From positions 37,944,001 to 38,008,000 of the forward strand of contig NC_043000.1 in NCBI RefSeq assembly GCF_006345805.1: a DNA stretch of 64,000 nucleotides, given 5' to 3'. A model generated the notes under the pieces. That model worked only from the letters and a program-made list of their open reading frames with translations. It did not search any database and had not been told where the DNA came from. The DNA comes from Octopus sinensis. Taxonomy: Eukaryota. The position numbers were made by a program, and so were the translations under genes. This document shows positions 1 to 13,234 of the stretch, one piece after another. Position 1 is the stretch's first letter. Each line of letters begins with the position of its first letter.

Positions 1-186
1 AAACTTATAAATAGATAAACCTAAAACACAAGACATTTTATATAAGTTTGCAGGAGTTTGTATTACAAGCAAAAAATATATGGTAATCAGTGCGTCGACA
101 CATCTGCACATGTATATATGCAACTGTTCTAATAAACACTTCATAATCTCGAATGCAAATATATACCCGTTCCCAGAATCAACCGT

Positions 187-1056
187 ATATAGGTAGAGGC
201 TTTCCAGAAATTTTGAGATCCTTTTAAGGGGAAGCAGTTATTGTTGTTCTAGATTATTGCAATTTTAACATATCCTTAATATACACGTCATAAGCTGACT
301 TGCCAACTTTTATTCGCGGTTGAAGGAGGCAACTGTGACAGCACTTTGAAAATATCCTACTAAACCCTACATGTCATAGCTGAGTGCAGTCGGGAGTTTA
401 GAAACTCGCTATGGAACAAAATTTGGGGTTAAACTTGACAGAAATGCTAGCGAAATTTATCAAATGCTTCAGACTGCTTTTGAATTCACACTTTTGTTGG
501 TAGAAGAGGTTCAAACGCTGTAGAAATAAGGTGAGAGACACTGAGAGGTGTGAGAGGGAGAGGAACATCAGAACATCAGAGTTGGTTGAGAAAATCGGCA
601 ATTTTCTGGATGAAATTGTCATGTGTCTATAAAGACAATAAACATGCAGTTTGGTGTTGGTGTGGCGAGTGAACACAGAATTATTCACGAAGATCTAAGC
701 ATAAAATTTGTGCAAAGTTTATTCCCAGGGTACTCAGCAACGAGCATCCTGGCAGCCCACTCTGTTCCTCACACCCACCTCCAGTCCAGGCCTAGCTCCC
801 CGTGACTTTTGGTGGTTCTCCAAGCTGAAGGTGAACTTCAGTGGCAGCAGTTGTTTTAAAGCTGAAAAGGCTGTGACAAGAGTCCTGGACACCTTCACTT
901 TGGAAGACTTACATCGGACCTTCATGAAGTGGCTGCAGCGCTACAACAAACGCATTGAAGTTAGAGGAGGAATCTACTTTGAATGAGATGAGAGTTATAT
1001 GCATCTTTGAAATTAATGAAGGTCTCTCCTGAAAACTCCTGGAATGCACTTTATAT
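187..1056 (+). mobile_element. Internally deleted, decayed mariner (Tc1/mariner) element
   Basis: From ATG 411 the frames give MEQ..VKLDRNASEIYQMLQTAF (mariner N-terminus), then CAKFIPRVL joined almost directly to SPGLAPRDFWWFSKLK and KWLQRYNKRIEVRGGIYFE* (YSPDLAPxDF motif and C-terminus). Most of the DDD domain is missing. Degenerate inverted termini at about 187-222 and 1022-1056. Confidence 0.85.
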
Positions 1057-2299
1057 CCATGGTTTGTACACTCACACATATTTCTCTCTCACACTTTCAC
1101 GTGCACACATACACACACACACATACACACACACACATTTTCTCTCTCACACTTTTACGCGCGCGCGCACACACACAGATACACACACATATATAATGGG
1201 AATATATAAAACGTGTGGCCTAGTGACTAGGGTTTGGACCGGCCATCGTAAGATTGTGTTCTTGCACCCCACCTCACATTTTGCACAAAACACTTTATTT
1301 CATATTTCTTCAGTTTACTCAAATGAAAATGCATACCAACAGATTACAGGTAGGGTACTGTCTTTCTCTCTCTCTCTCCCCTCTGGCTGCCACGTTTTTG
1401 ATGTTCTACTGGTGTAAGGTGGGATAGCAAGGAAGGCGTCTATGATGTCTGCCCTCGACTTCGTATGTACCTAAAGGAATTAACGAAAGTATTGTGCACG
1501 CTGCTAGATCAGTCGCTTGCATGTAACAGTTAAGCCTAAGCTGATGACTTTCGCCTTTGACAAGAATATTCCAAAATATCGGCGAATCTCAATGGAATTT
1601 ACAGTATAATCAGCATTGGTGCCGTAAAAAAGTTTCTACAAATGAATTTATTCTGTTGGCAGCATTCATAGACCAGTGCCCTTCTTGAGTTCAATGGATT
1701 TATGGGTGATGTATCATGAAGAATATTTCGCTAGTGCGTAGTTAAGACCAATGCGATTCTCCAGAATATGGTTTAGCGCCTTGTACATTTGACAACGGGC
1801 TGCCAAAGTTGGTCGTAGCTTTGTCATTTAGTCGTTAAATTTATAGTAAAAGGTAGCTGGTGTGATTTCTGTGTACCTAAAGGCATACAACTATTGATTG
1901 TATCTACATTTAAAACTTTATGCAGTTATGCTCAAAAACACTTGTTTGCTTCAATGCTGTAATTTCACTTTCGCACAGTTTACCGAGTCTTTGTTGGGTC
2001 ATTTACCGCTGAAAGAGCATATTAGCATTTCTACAACAGCATTGTGGATGATCGGATGGTAGGTTAAAAATACCCGGTTCTTATGGCTTGTGTGGTTTCT
2101 TCCTACGCTCCAATCTTCATTTCTTTCTCTCTTTCTAATTCGTGCATTGCTTCATTTCCTCTTCAATTTTTTTTTCTAAGTAAGTTCCTTAGCGGAAATG
2201 TGACTTCCCCTACACAATGCACACCATTACACCCTCTTTAATCAATTTACTGCTACATGTATTTCCTTCTGGAACTACTCATTTTAAGCTTAGAACTAT

Positions 2300-2700
2300 T
2301 TTAGCAACGACTCCGTTGAATGTTTAACGGTATTCACGGAGAAGAGAGAAATGCTTTGAAAAGGCGACAAAGGGAAATTCGGAGCACGAAGATTGAAGTC
2401 TAGTTCTTCTGTTGTAAGGACTACGTGTGTGTGCATGCGTGCTTGTATGTTGTGTGTGTGTGTGTGTGTGTGTACGTGTGTTGTATGTGTGTATGAGTAT
2501 TGTGTGTGTTTGTGCGTGTGTCTCTGTGTTTTGCGTGTGTGTTGTGTGCATATGTGTGTTGTGTGTGCGATTGTACGTGTTTGTGCGTGTGCTGTGTGTG
2601 TGTATCTGTGTGTGTGTTGTGCATGTGTTGTGTGTATATGTGTCTGTGCGTGTGCGTATTGTGTGTGCGCGTGCACATACGTGTGCGTGTGGATGCATAT
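2300..2700. repeat. Degenerate (TG)n microsatellite tract (begins ~2425); source of several spurious ORFs
   Basis: Imperfect tgtgtg array visible directly. Confidence 0.9.
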
Positions 2701-2784
2701 CTTTTATCTTTTACTTGTTTCAATCATTAGACTGCGGCCATGCTGGAACACCGCCTCAAAGGATTTTTGGTTGAACAAATCAAT

Positions 2785-2852
<68 letters not shown>

Positions 2853-3010
2853 CGACAGGCTTCTTCCAGTTCCCGTCTACCAAATCCACTCACAAGGCTC
2901 TGGTCGGCTCCTACCTATAGTAGAAGACATTTGCCCGAAGTGTCAGGCTGTAGGAGCGAACCCGGAACCATATGCTTGAGAAGTAAACTTCTTACCAGAC
3001 AGCCACGAAT
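2700..3010 (-). mobile_element. tRNA-derived SINE, family A (abundant octopod type), with internal microsatellite
   Basis: Shares ttttacttgtttca..gactgcggccatgctgga tail and gaacccggaaccat/cttctactatag body with many other copies in the window. Confidence 0.85.
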
Positions 3011-3096
3011 AGATATAAACTTATATGTATATGTGTACACACAAACTTACGCACATATAAATGTGCCTTCGTGTGTGTGTGTGTGTGGTTTCTGTG

Positions 3097-3146
<50 letters not shown>

Positions 3147-3325
3147 TCAAGTAGAGGCTGTGTTAACCTCATGAAGGGATGTACTTCCTCATCCAAGGAA
3201 ATACTGGTTCAATACGTAGTATTTTGGGGGAATTAATTTTCTTAAAATAATAGATATATGTATAAAAACATATAATTTATATTCATATAAAAGAAGAAAA
3301 AGAAAATGGAGATTAGGAAGTTAAT

Positions 3326-3613
3326 AAATTGTTTATTATTAACAGCAAATTAACCCTCATCCCTTACAGCTGCTTCAATTAATACTCAGTAAATAGTAAG
3401 TAAATATTAAATCTATATTTATATGACCTGTGCATAATATCTTCAGAGGGAAAAAATATACACTTCGATGTCTTATATTTGCATATGGTATCATTATAGC
3501 AGGCATGTTCAGGTCATATATATATAAATTTAATATTTACTTAATATTTACTGAGTATTAATTTAAACAGCTGTAAGGGAAGATTATTATTTGCTGTTAA
3601 TAATAAACAATTT
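3326..3613. repeat. Fold-back (inverted repeat, ~105-bp arms 3326-3430 / 3510-3613); third copy at ~4290-4360
   Basis: Arms are reverse complements with several mismatches. Confidence 0.8.
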
Positions 3614-3769
3614 TTCTACTTTTATATATATCTCTGTGTGTGTGTATGTATTGTTTTGCATGCATGCATTTGTGTGTAAATAGGAATGTACGCATCAGTA
3701 AAACACTGAGAGAAGTCAATAAAAATATAAATAGATTGCATTTCTATAGCGAGGGCGATACAACCATTT

Positions 3770-3955
3770 CGGGGGAGGGGGTAAGTCGATTACATCGATC
3801 CCAGTGCGTAACTAGTACTTATTTTATCGATCCCGAAAAAATGAAAGGCAAAGTCGACATCGGCGAAATTTGAATGTAAAAACGAACGAAATGCCAGTGA
3901 ATATTTGGCCCACCCATGCTAAGAATTCTGCCAGCTCACCGCCTTATCAAATAAT
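3770..3955 (-). mobile_element. tRNA-derived SINE, family B
   Basis: Reverse complement of the ggcggcgagctggcagaa...ggtcgatgtaatcgact body seen at 51785-52260 and 55910-56120. Confidence 0.8.
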
Positions 3956-4295
3956 AAGTACAAACCTCCGCCATGGCAACAACAACGTCCTCTCAACGAT
4001 TAGCCAGAGAGGATTTTTAAAATGTGAATATCTGAAATAAACTCGACTGCTCTCACAAATGAGAATATTAAAAATGAACCTGATCGCTGTCAAAAATAAT
4101 TCAGAATCTTTGTCCGGAACCGGATCGGTCCCAAGATCTAATCCGTTTGTGGCAGTCACAAGGCCGAACATCCCTGAAAGTTTCATCCGAATCCATCCGG
4201 CGGTTCTTGAGATAATTTGTCCACGGACAAACAAACAAACAAACAAACAAACAAACAAACAAACACGACTGAAAACAATACCTCCGCCTTTACTT
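3955..4295 (-). mobile_element. Non-autonomous Helentron/HINE-like element
   Basis: acctccgcc motif near both ends (3964, 4279), internal (caaa)n and ggatc/gatcc motifs, resembling known HINE-type MITE architecture. Confidence 0.55.
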
Positions 4296-6728
4296 ACTAT
4301 TTACTGAATATTAATTGAAACAGCTGTAAAGGATGATGATTAATTTGCTGTTAATAATTACATCACCGTTTCATATTTCGTTGTTTAGATCCAGTTCCAG
4401 GATGATCACAAAGCTAATCCAACGATAATCGTCTCTCATTTGTTAGACCTAGAACTCCATTGTCTGCTGTGGTGTTCACTTGTCGTATCTCATGCTACTC
4501 TGACAATTTCCTAAATTTGTTGCATCTATGCATTCTTTTTCTATTGTGTTTTTTTTTATATTTGTAATAAACATGGCACGCTGACACCACTATCCAAAGT
4601 GGTAATCTTTTTAAGAAGAGTTAAGGTTTGATTTAAAGGAAATTTAGCCTAGTGAAATATTTCCTTTTATGAAGTTGGTTAAATAGTCGCGTGATGTCAG
4701 GCGACAAAACTAGCGAAATGAGAAAAAATAGAGACCTTGTAGTAAAGTTTGAGAGTTGGTAGACGAATGTTTTGCCACCAGCACTCTGCAGGTACCCAAT
4801 GCAACCGACCTTTATTTGGATGTGATTTATTTAAAGAAAAATGAGCTAAGAGATACAACTCAGGATGACCAGTGACATGTCATAGACAACATAGATCAAC
4901 ATAGACAAAGAGATCTTTATCAAATACCATACAACATCAATTCCTGGTTTACTAAAATTACTTCCGCTGCGAGAATATGCACCTTGATTACCAAATGACA
5001 ATTACGATCCGCTTAACTTGAGAAAAGGAGATGACTAAAGAAACAAGAATTCTCGAAAGGTGACATAGAATTAAGGAAAAGAACAGACTTATTTGTCTGG
5101 AGATAAGAGGACAGTTGTGGACACATATTTCAATCTGAATAACCGTCATAAGCACGATAATTGCTCGATTTTATCTCAAATTATTAAGAGGCTCAGACTC
5201 ATAGAAAGTGAAATAGGAAATACTTTCGGCCAAGGTAATTTTCATATTGTAAACATAAGTGAACTAAGAGAAATACCAGAGTGACCAGTGGTATACATTT
5301 GAACGGCATGAACAAATACAAGGTGTATCAAATATCATACGGTATGAATTCTTGATGTAACCAAAAGAGTTTTTGCAAGAACGATGTTAGCAACAACAGC
5401 AGCACCACCACCACTACAGCAACAGTCACCAGCACTATCCCCAAATTGTGCTTGATTAGAAGAAACCAATTAGCGCGTTTAATTTAATAGATTGCTTTCA
5501 TTCTGAGTACAAAGAGAAAATACACTGGATTGAGCCGTAGAAATTTTCAGCTAAACATAGAACATAACTTTAATCCCTGAATGTCAAATAAATGCAGTTT
5601 GCTTGATTATATATTGTGTTTTTGATAATTTCATAGGCTTTTCGACGATGCTAAGAAAATGAAATTAAAGCGAGAGTCAAGGGCCAGGGTGTTCTCATTG
5701 ATTAAACTAACTATTTATAAAGAAATGCACTACCGCGTGTAGACTCATTTCGAAACCTAGCCCACTAAATCTGTTTTAGACAGGTCAGGATAAGATCTAA
5801 GCGACAACTCACCAGGACCTTCTGCATCTCTTCTGCACCGAGAGAAAGTGGTGGAAGACTGCTTAATAAAAATGTAAGCATAAGTTTGCCAGTTACAACT
5901 CTCCGCCCACTGTCCCTGGGAGGGTCGTTGGAGTTGGAACATCTCATTCATAGGATCATATAAGAAGTGATTTTTAACACTCGTTCCAACCTGGGCTCAC
6001 TTCGGGTTCCCAGGATTCGCATCCTTTGTGCTCCCATCCCATAAGTTGCAGGTTATTGCTAGTTGTACCTGTATTGGGTGGAGACTGCAATATATGTTTC
6101 GAACGGACCCCTCTACCTAAGATTCGAATGCTCCTTTTAATAACTATCTTTATCTTGTAACATTTCGTGGTCTTATAACGGGCCAGGCACTCAACTGGTA
6201 TTTGTGGTAGGCCCGCGAAAGAAGCCACTACACATTTACATAAATGAACCAATGACACACATAATTAGATAAATAAAATAAGATATGTAATTAATGTCTG
6301 AAACCGAGTTCTTCCAAGTATACAACTCAGGAGACGGTAGAAAGAAAGGATCACTCTGTGATATTTATCGCATTGGTTTCTTAAAATTAGTCCAGACATA
6401 TTCTCACGGCACCGGAGATATTGACAATCATGGAAAAAAACCCTTAAAATTTCTTGATATTAAACCTTAAAACGTACGCGTTCAACTATGAGATGTCCAC
6501 GAATGTGACATCGCATCTTTGCTATCATGAACTGAGACACACGCAAACCATACAGTGCGGTTCTTGTGTCGTGTCCCCGAATATTGATGAGAAGTTAAAT
6601 TATTTTCTCCTATTCAATAAACACTGCAGTTTTTTTTGTTAATAATTCTTGTTACATCACACCACCTAAAGCAATTCTTTAGATTATACTTACATACAAG
6701 CATATATATGTGTGTATGCAATATATAC

Positions 6729-6769
<41 letters not shown>

Positions 6770-6931
6770 GTACTCAGACGTACACACATCTGTGTATATA
6801 TGTATAATATACAATAAAGAAATTAGATGTATATAGACATATGCAGAAATGCATATATATATATCTATTATATAATATCTATCAATCTATATGTATGTGT
6901 GTGAATATATATATATATATGTGTGTGTGTG

Positions 6932-6962
<31 letters not shown>

Positions 6963-7086
6963 TTGCGTGTATGTCTATTGCCTGTTTGGTTGGAACGCAA
7001 AGTGTGTCTTAAATTACTCAACATGGTTTGACATCTATATCTGACATCCATTTGTCGTCTTGTAACTTATATTATTTTTTTGGTCC

Positions 7087-7117
<31 letters not shown>

Positions 7118-8871
7118 ATTATTATTATTATTATTATTCGTGCCAATGAAAGTAAACGGGTAGCAACGAAGATCAATTTCAGACAGCAGCAGTCGTCCAT
7201 TGCCCTTTCCCCCTCCCCACCTCACCTCCTTCATCCATCTCCTTACCGTCGTTGACTCCTCAAACAATACACAACTCCGCCACTGAATATTTACTCAAAC
7301 CATGTTCGTTGGCCACAACAGTTTGTTAAAGTAAAATTCTTTTTTCCTGTTCAGTAATTTTCTTCTGTGTTGACGACTCATTACAAATCACCCATCTTAT
7401 AAGCTATCATAAATCTCACTCCTTTCATTCATCAGCTTCACTCATTCGCATTCATTATTATTTCCCTCTTTCTCCATAACATTCTAATGTTTTCATTTCA
7501 TGCAACTACATTCTCATATTTTAAACGTAGATACAATTCCTTCTCTCTCTCTCTCCCTCCCACCGCTTTCTTTTTCTCACTCTTCCCGCTCTTCCTTCCT
7601 TGAACTCTTTTATTCCATGCTTAACCCCTCTTACACTTGCTCTATATAACCTTTATAGAATACAGCATTGACGTTTATCATTCTTTTCTCCTTGTCTGTT
7701 CATATTTTATTTGGCTTTCTCGGTTTAGCCAACCGTTTTTCTTTACATATTACCGGGTTGCCCATTCTGTGGCCAGTGTTGGCACTAATTGAAAATAACA
7801 GGCGTTCAACACAGGCCGTTATCCAGATCGTTAGTTTATGTCAACTACAGCTTTCCTTTTGTAAATTTCCCCCCTTGAATCATACAATTGGCTGCAGTCG
7901 TAGTCCTCGCCTCTCACAATACGCTACATCGAACACATTCAATACATAGTCGCTAGTTGCGTTTACTGGTTGATTCAGTTAGGATCATGAAAGGTCAAAA
8001 ACTGTGATATATACTTCAATAGACGCGTTAAACTTGACCTCGCTCTTTTTAGCAACATTCTTTATCATGCTACGCAACGCCTGTCGAAAAGTTCCGAACC
8101 TCTTCACACTGCTCATGCGTTTACAACATTACAATAATGAGTTATTTTCTTTGTTTGTGATACTAAATCTGGCATCGACCACGGCTATTGTCAGAACTGA
8201 CTTATAATGGCTTTCACTAATCCAAAATGATTTAAAGTTGCATCTCGATTCACACAACATTTTTCATGCATTTTCGGTTGCATATCAAACATTTTATATT
8301 TATTTAGAAGTTAATTTTACTCCAATGCTAAATTTAGAATTATTATTATTGCATCTGCTGCAGTGTCCAGCGATGGTTACTTAAATTATTTTAACATTCA
8401 GTAATCTTGTTTAGCGATTGTTATTTCAGGTAGTTTGAGGTTTCTATCAGGGAGTCTTTTTTTTTTCTCTAAGATTGTTCATGGAACCATGAAGACGTAC
8501 GACAAATTTGAGCTAAATAAAGTCTCAACCGGAAATTAAAAATAACACTTATATATGCTTGTATGTGCGTATGTGTGCGTGTGTGTGTATGCGTGTGTGT
8601 ATGTGTGTGTGTATGTATCTAGATAGATAGATATAGAGATATAGATTTATATATATATGTATGCATGTGTACCTATATATATATATATATATAATATATA
8701 TATATATATATTATATATGTGTATATATATGTGTGTGTATATAGATAGATACATACATAAACACACAATACAAATATGCATAATAATAGGTAAAATGGAT
8801 TCATAAATGCAAGCAGATATCTACAAAGCACTCAGTGGTTGAGTGAACTTGGTTTGCTACATCAAACAATC

Positions 8872-8929
<58 letters not shown>

Positions 8930-9207
8930 CAAATATATAGTGCGTGTGTTTAACTGACAAAATATGACCGTCCCAAAGTATATATATTATATATATATAT
9001 ATATTATATATATATATATATTATATATATATATATATATTCAATTCAATATACGAGTAAAAAACGTAAAACAGAAAAACAACGAATATGAGAAGTGGTG
9101 CACAAAAAGTGTATTAGCTTGACGCTCGTTTAAAGGAGAGAGTTTGACGTTTCGAGCATAGCTCTTCGTCGGAAAGGAGAAAGGGAAAAGTCCAAAGAAT
9201 ATGTTGT

Positions 9208-11818
9208 GGTGAAATCCTGACACCCATGTGGTATAGCAAGTGAACTGTCTTAAACCTTATAAGGGATATAAGTTTGTTACGTGTTTGTTACTGATTTAGT
9301 TTTTGTAGTGTTATAACACTGTTACAGTGTAGTCTACGTCCAAACCCAAGGATATAAGAGGGGCGACGGGACATTCGAAGCTCATTGTGGACGTTCTTAG
9401 CATGGAAGACCTATTAGCTTCCATGGTTCAGTTACAACAGCAACTACAATAACAATTATAACAAGAACAACACCTGCAGCAGCAGCAGCAACAACAACAG
9501 TTGCAACGGCAACTACAACAGAAACAATAAGAACAACAGAAACAGAAACAACAGGTAGAACAGCAACTACAACAACAATAACAACAGCAAAATCAACAGT
9601 TCATAAATACTTCAGGATCGTTTTTGGCAGACGGGGTTGCTAATTCAATTGAAGAATGCCATAGGATTATAAATTCACGACTGGAGGCAGAAAAATTGAG
9701 AAAGATTATTCAAATATGTGTCGACCTGTAACAGATAAGGAAAAAGGAAAACAACAGTCAAAACCCAAACCATGTTATGGGTGTGGAGAAATGCATTTTA
9801 ATAGAACGTTTCCTTTTAAACGCCTAAAATGTTGTGGATGGAGAAAAATCGGACATAAGATTTCACATTGTTAGGTGTAACAAAAAGGTCGAAAGGAAAA
9901 AATCGAGAATAAAAGTATTGTCAACACAAATTCAAAGCAAGGCACAAAAAGAAAATATTACGATAATTAACGATGATACATTGAAAAAACTTTGAAAATT
10001 GCGCGAAGTATTTCAGGGAAACATTTGCGACTTTGAGGCGAAATGATAAGTGAGGTGACATTTCATAGAAAAACTTTGAAAGCCAAAATTGTTTGTATTC
10101 AAAAATACGACAAACCTATTTGGCACAGACTGGATGGAACCATTTAATTTATGGGACCTCCCTACAAATACTTTTGTAATAATGTAAACAGCACTTACGC
10201 CAGTTCAAATAAGGCGTCGAAGGATTTAAAAAAGAAATTAAAAAAAAAATTTCCTGATATTTTTTCTGAAGAATTAGGTAGGTGCACCAAGACAAAAGTA
10301 AAATTTCAAAGGAAAGAAAACGCAGTACCACTATTTAAACCGAAGCAAGTTGTTCCTTTTGCGGCGTTGAATCAAGTCAACAAGGAATTGGACAGACTTA
10401 AAAGCTTGGAGATCTAGAAAAATCTGATTATTCAGAATGGGCATCACCAACTGTTTATGTAAAGGAAGAAATGTACGAGTATTCGCTGACTTTTGAACAG
10501 GTTCTAATGAATTTTTGATGACATACAATTACCCATTACCAAGTCCGGAGGAAATTTTTGCGAAACTCAATGGAGGAAATAAATTTTTTTTAAAACTTGG
10601 ACTTGTCGGAGGCGTATTTACAGTTACACGCAGAGGGAGAATGTTCGAAATTATTAACGATAAACGCCCATAAAGGTTTATATAAATGCTATCAACTTCC
10701 TTTTCGGATAAAGTATTTTCCAACAAGTGATGGACTTTATGCTTCGGGATACGGATTTCGCCATAACTTACTTAAAAAGGTCTTTGAAAGAATAAAAGAA
10801 TATGAATTTAAACATTGCGAGGAAAAGTGCAAATGTTTTATGCCAGAAACAGAGTGTCTAGGGTAAGTTATCGATAAAAATGGTCGCAGGCCAGATCATT
10901 CAAGATCGACTGCAATAAAACAAATATACTTCCCCCGATCCCCCGAAAGATATTACAACGTTACAAGCGTTCTTGGGGACCGCAAACTATTATCAAAGAT
11001 ATATAGTGAGTATGCATGAGCTAAGAGCACCCCTAAACAACTTATTGAAAAAAGACGTTAAATGGTATTGGTCGGACAGGTGCCAAAAAGCGTTCGAAGA
11101 AATTAAAAAGTTTTGATATCAGAACTGGCATTACCTACTTTGATCCAAATTTACAAATAGTAGTAGCATCAGATGGAGCGGTAATTTTACACAAGCATGA
11201 AGTGGTAGCCTAAAACCCATCGCTCATGCTTCACGTTCATTGTTAGCAGCTGAAAAACACTACAGCCTAATTGAGAAGGAAGCATTAGCCAGTAATTTTG
11301 CTGTGAAAAAAATTTCACAAGTTCATACATGGAAGGAAATTCAGTTTGCAGACAGATCACCTCCTATTGTTGTCAATTTACAGGTCGAAAAAGGGTATCC
11401 TCCCACCACACACAACCAACCGATTACAGCGCTGAGGGACGATTCTGCTAAATTATGACTTAATGATGGAATTTCTACCATCGAAAAAACTGGGACATGC
11501 AAATGGGATGTCAAGATTGATACCTAAATAACGTACATGGTAAATGGTCATACGTGGGAAACACAAAAGGCATTTAAACCAACTGAAAAAAGTTTACATA
11601 AGAAAGAATAAGACACGAAGGGCCAATGGAATTTCTTTATGACATTTTTGACGTCCCGGTTACTCAAGGAATAGTCAAACCAACGAGTGTATCGACTAGG
11701 AAAAGAAAACAAACAGAACTTTTGCAAGTAGAGCCAAAACGAAAAATTATTTTAATTTCTTCCCGGAGAATGAAGTAAAAAACAAAAGAGGGAGAGGTGG
11801 TAATAAATATATAATAAA
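9208..11818 (+). mobile_element. Decayed Ty3/Gypsy LTR retrotransposon with integrase deleted
   Basis: Partial 5' LTR 9208-9357; PBS-like ggggcgacggg 9360-9370; Q-rich gag and PCYGCGEMHF knuckle; RT motifs FPDIFSEELG, YPLP, LDLSEAYLQ; RNase H LLAAEKHYSLIEKEALA; post-integrase tail YDIFDVPV; polypurine tract aaaagagggagagg 11784-11797. Many stops and frameshifts. Confidence 0.92.
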
Positions 11819-12901
11819 CTAGCAGAGATACCCGGCGTTGCCCGGTTACATTCAATTGAAGAATTAGACTTTTCTGTTATATTTTCTGAATGAACTGGAA
11901 TATCTGTTTCGAATTTCATCAAAATTGCAGATGAGGGTTATTTCCTTCTTTACACACCCTAAAAAATTGTAATCGTGCCACATGGAAACCAAAAAACGAA
12001 TGATCACAATAAGCAGTCAGTTACCCTACCCTAGTCGTTACCACTCCCAATGTAGGATTCCTCACCATCCAGGTGACAGGCACAGCCGTAAGATGCATTA
12101 CGAATCTATAGCAATTGGAAGGGCGTAACCCAACTGAAATCAACATTAACAACTGTGTGACGTGGGGGCTTAGGAGAATTAAAGTGTCACTTCTGGAGTT
12201 TGCAAATGACCACTATACTGATACGTAATTGGACAGAATGAATTTAAAATCTATAAATGTCTTTGAATAACCAGTCACTCATCTGGGAAGGCCTTGTAAT
12301 CAATGTTACCATCTGGGGAGTATGTGTGACCGAGTGATAATAAAACGACTGAAAGGAGGTCTGCAATCAAATAACTTTACTCAACACTTTGCAACTGAAT
12401 CAGTGGAGACAAAGATGCCTCTCATTTACTTAACAATCTATGCACCACATTGCAGAAATCCCAATGTAAGTGTATGCCAAAGCAAACTGTTACACTGTTG
12501 TACCATTGAATTAGAAATAATGACCAACTTTTATGCTCGGGTAACCCTACAGCTTCCAAGAGCACAACTGTATTCGTTTTTGCTTAGATAAAATGACAAA
12601 ATTGTGGGTGTTAAGTCCCCATGGAGGGGTCCCTCTAACTTTGTAAGAAGATGAAATTTTATAAATATTACTTCATTTGTGTCTAACATCTATGGTTAAA
12701 ATTTCATCAATAGCAAAAATATATGAATTGTCATAGGGGTTATGGGCCTTATGCTTAGAATATAATTTCCAAATTTCATAAAGATCCATTCAGTACTTTT
12801 GACCTAGTTTTGGATCATAAAAGAAATGACTAAAATTTGGGAGTTAAGACTCCCATTAGGGTGTTTTATATATATATATATATATATATAACAGCTAATA
12901 T

Positions 12902-12946
<45 letters not shown>
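11819..12946 (-). mobile_element. Non-autonomous Helitron
   Basis: On the minus strand: 3' end ccgggcaacgccgggtatctctgCTAG|T (GC hairpin plus CTAG); 5' end A|TC followed by (TA)n at 12946. Confidence 0.7.
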
Positions 12947-13234
12947 TACACACCCACACACACACACACAAAGATAAATTGATAGATACAACTGAGTGGG
13001 CAAACAAAAATATGAGAAACAGCCTAGTGCTTTTTTATGTTGATAAGCCTAGTACTTATTCTATTAGTTTGTTCTTGTGAAACCAGTAAGTTTTGTGTAT
13101 GTAAATAAATGAACAGCAGTTGTGAAGCAGTGATGAGGGCGAAACACAGACTCAAATACACACATACACTTACATATATACATATATATACGATTGATTT
13201 GTTTCAGTTCCTGTCTACGAAATCCATATATATT

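Noticed and set aside
4300-4335. CTGAATA-TTAATT-GAAAC-AGCT-GTA (palindromic helix III), also in the 3326-3613 arms
   Set aside because: G8 is absent and there is no helix II or adjacent helix I; only a half motif.
5757-6258. Complex sequence with three short minus-strand ORFs
   Set aside because: No recognisable motif in any frame; probably old repeat interior.
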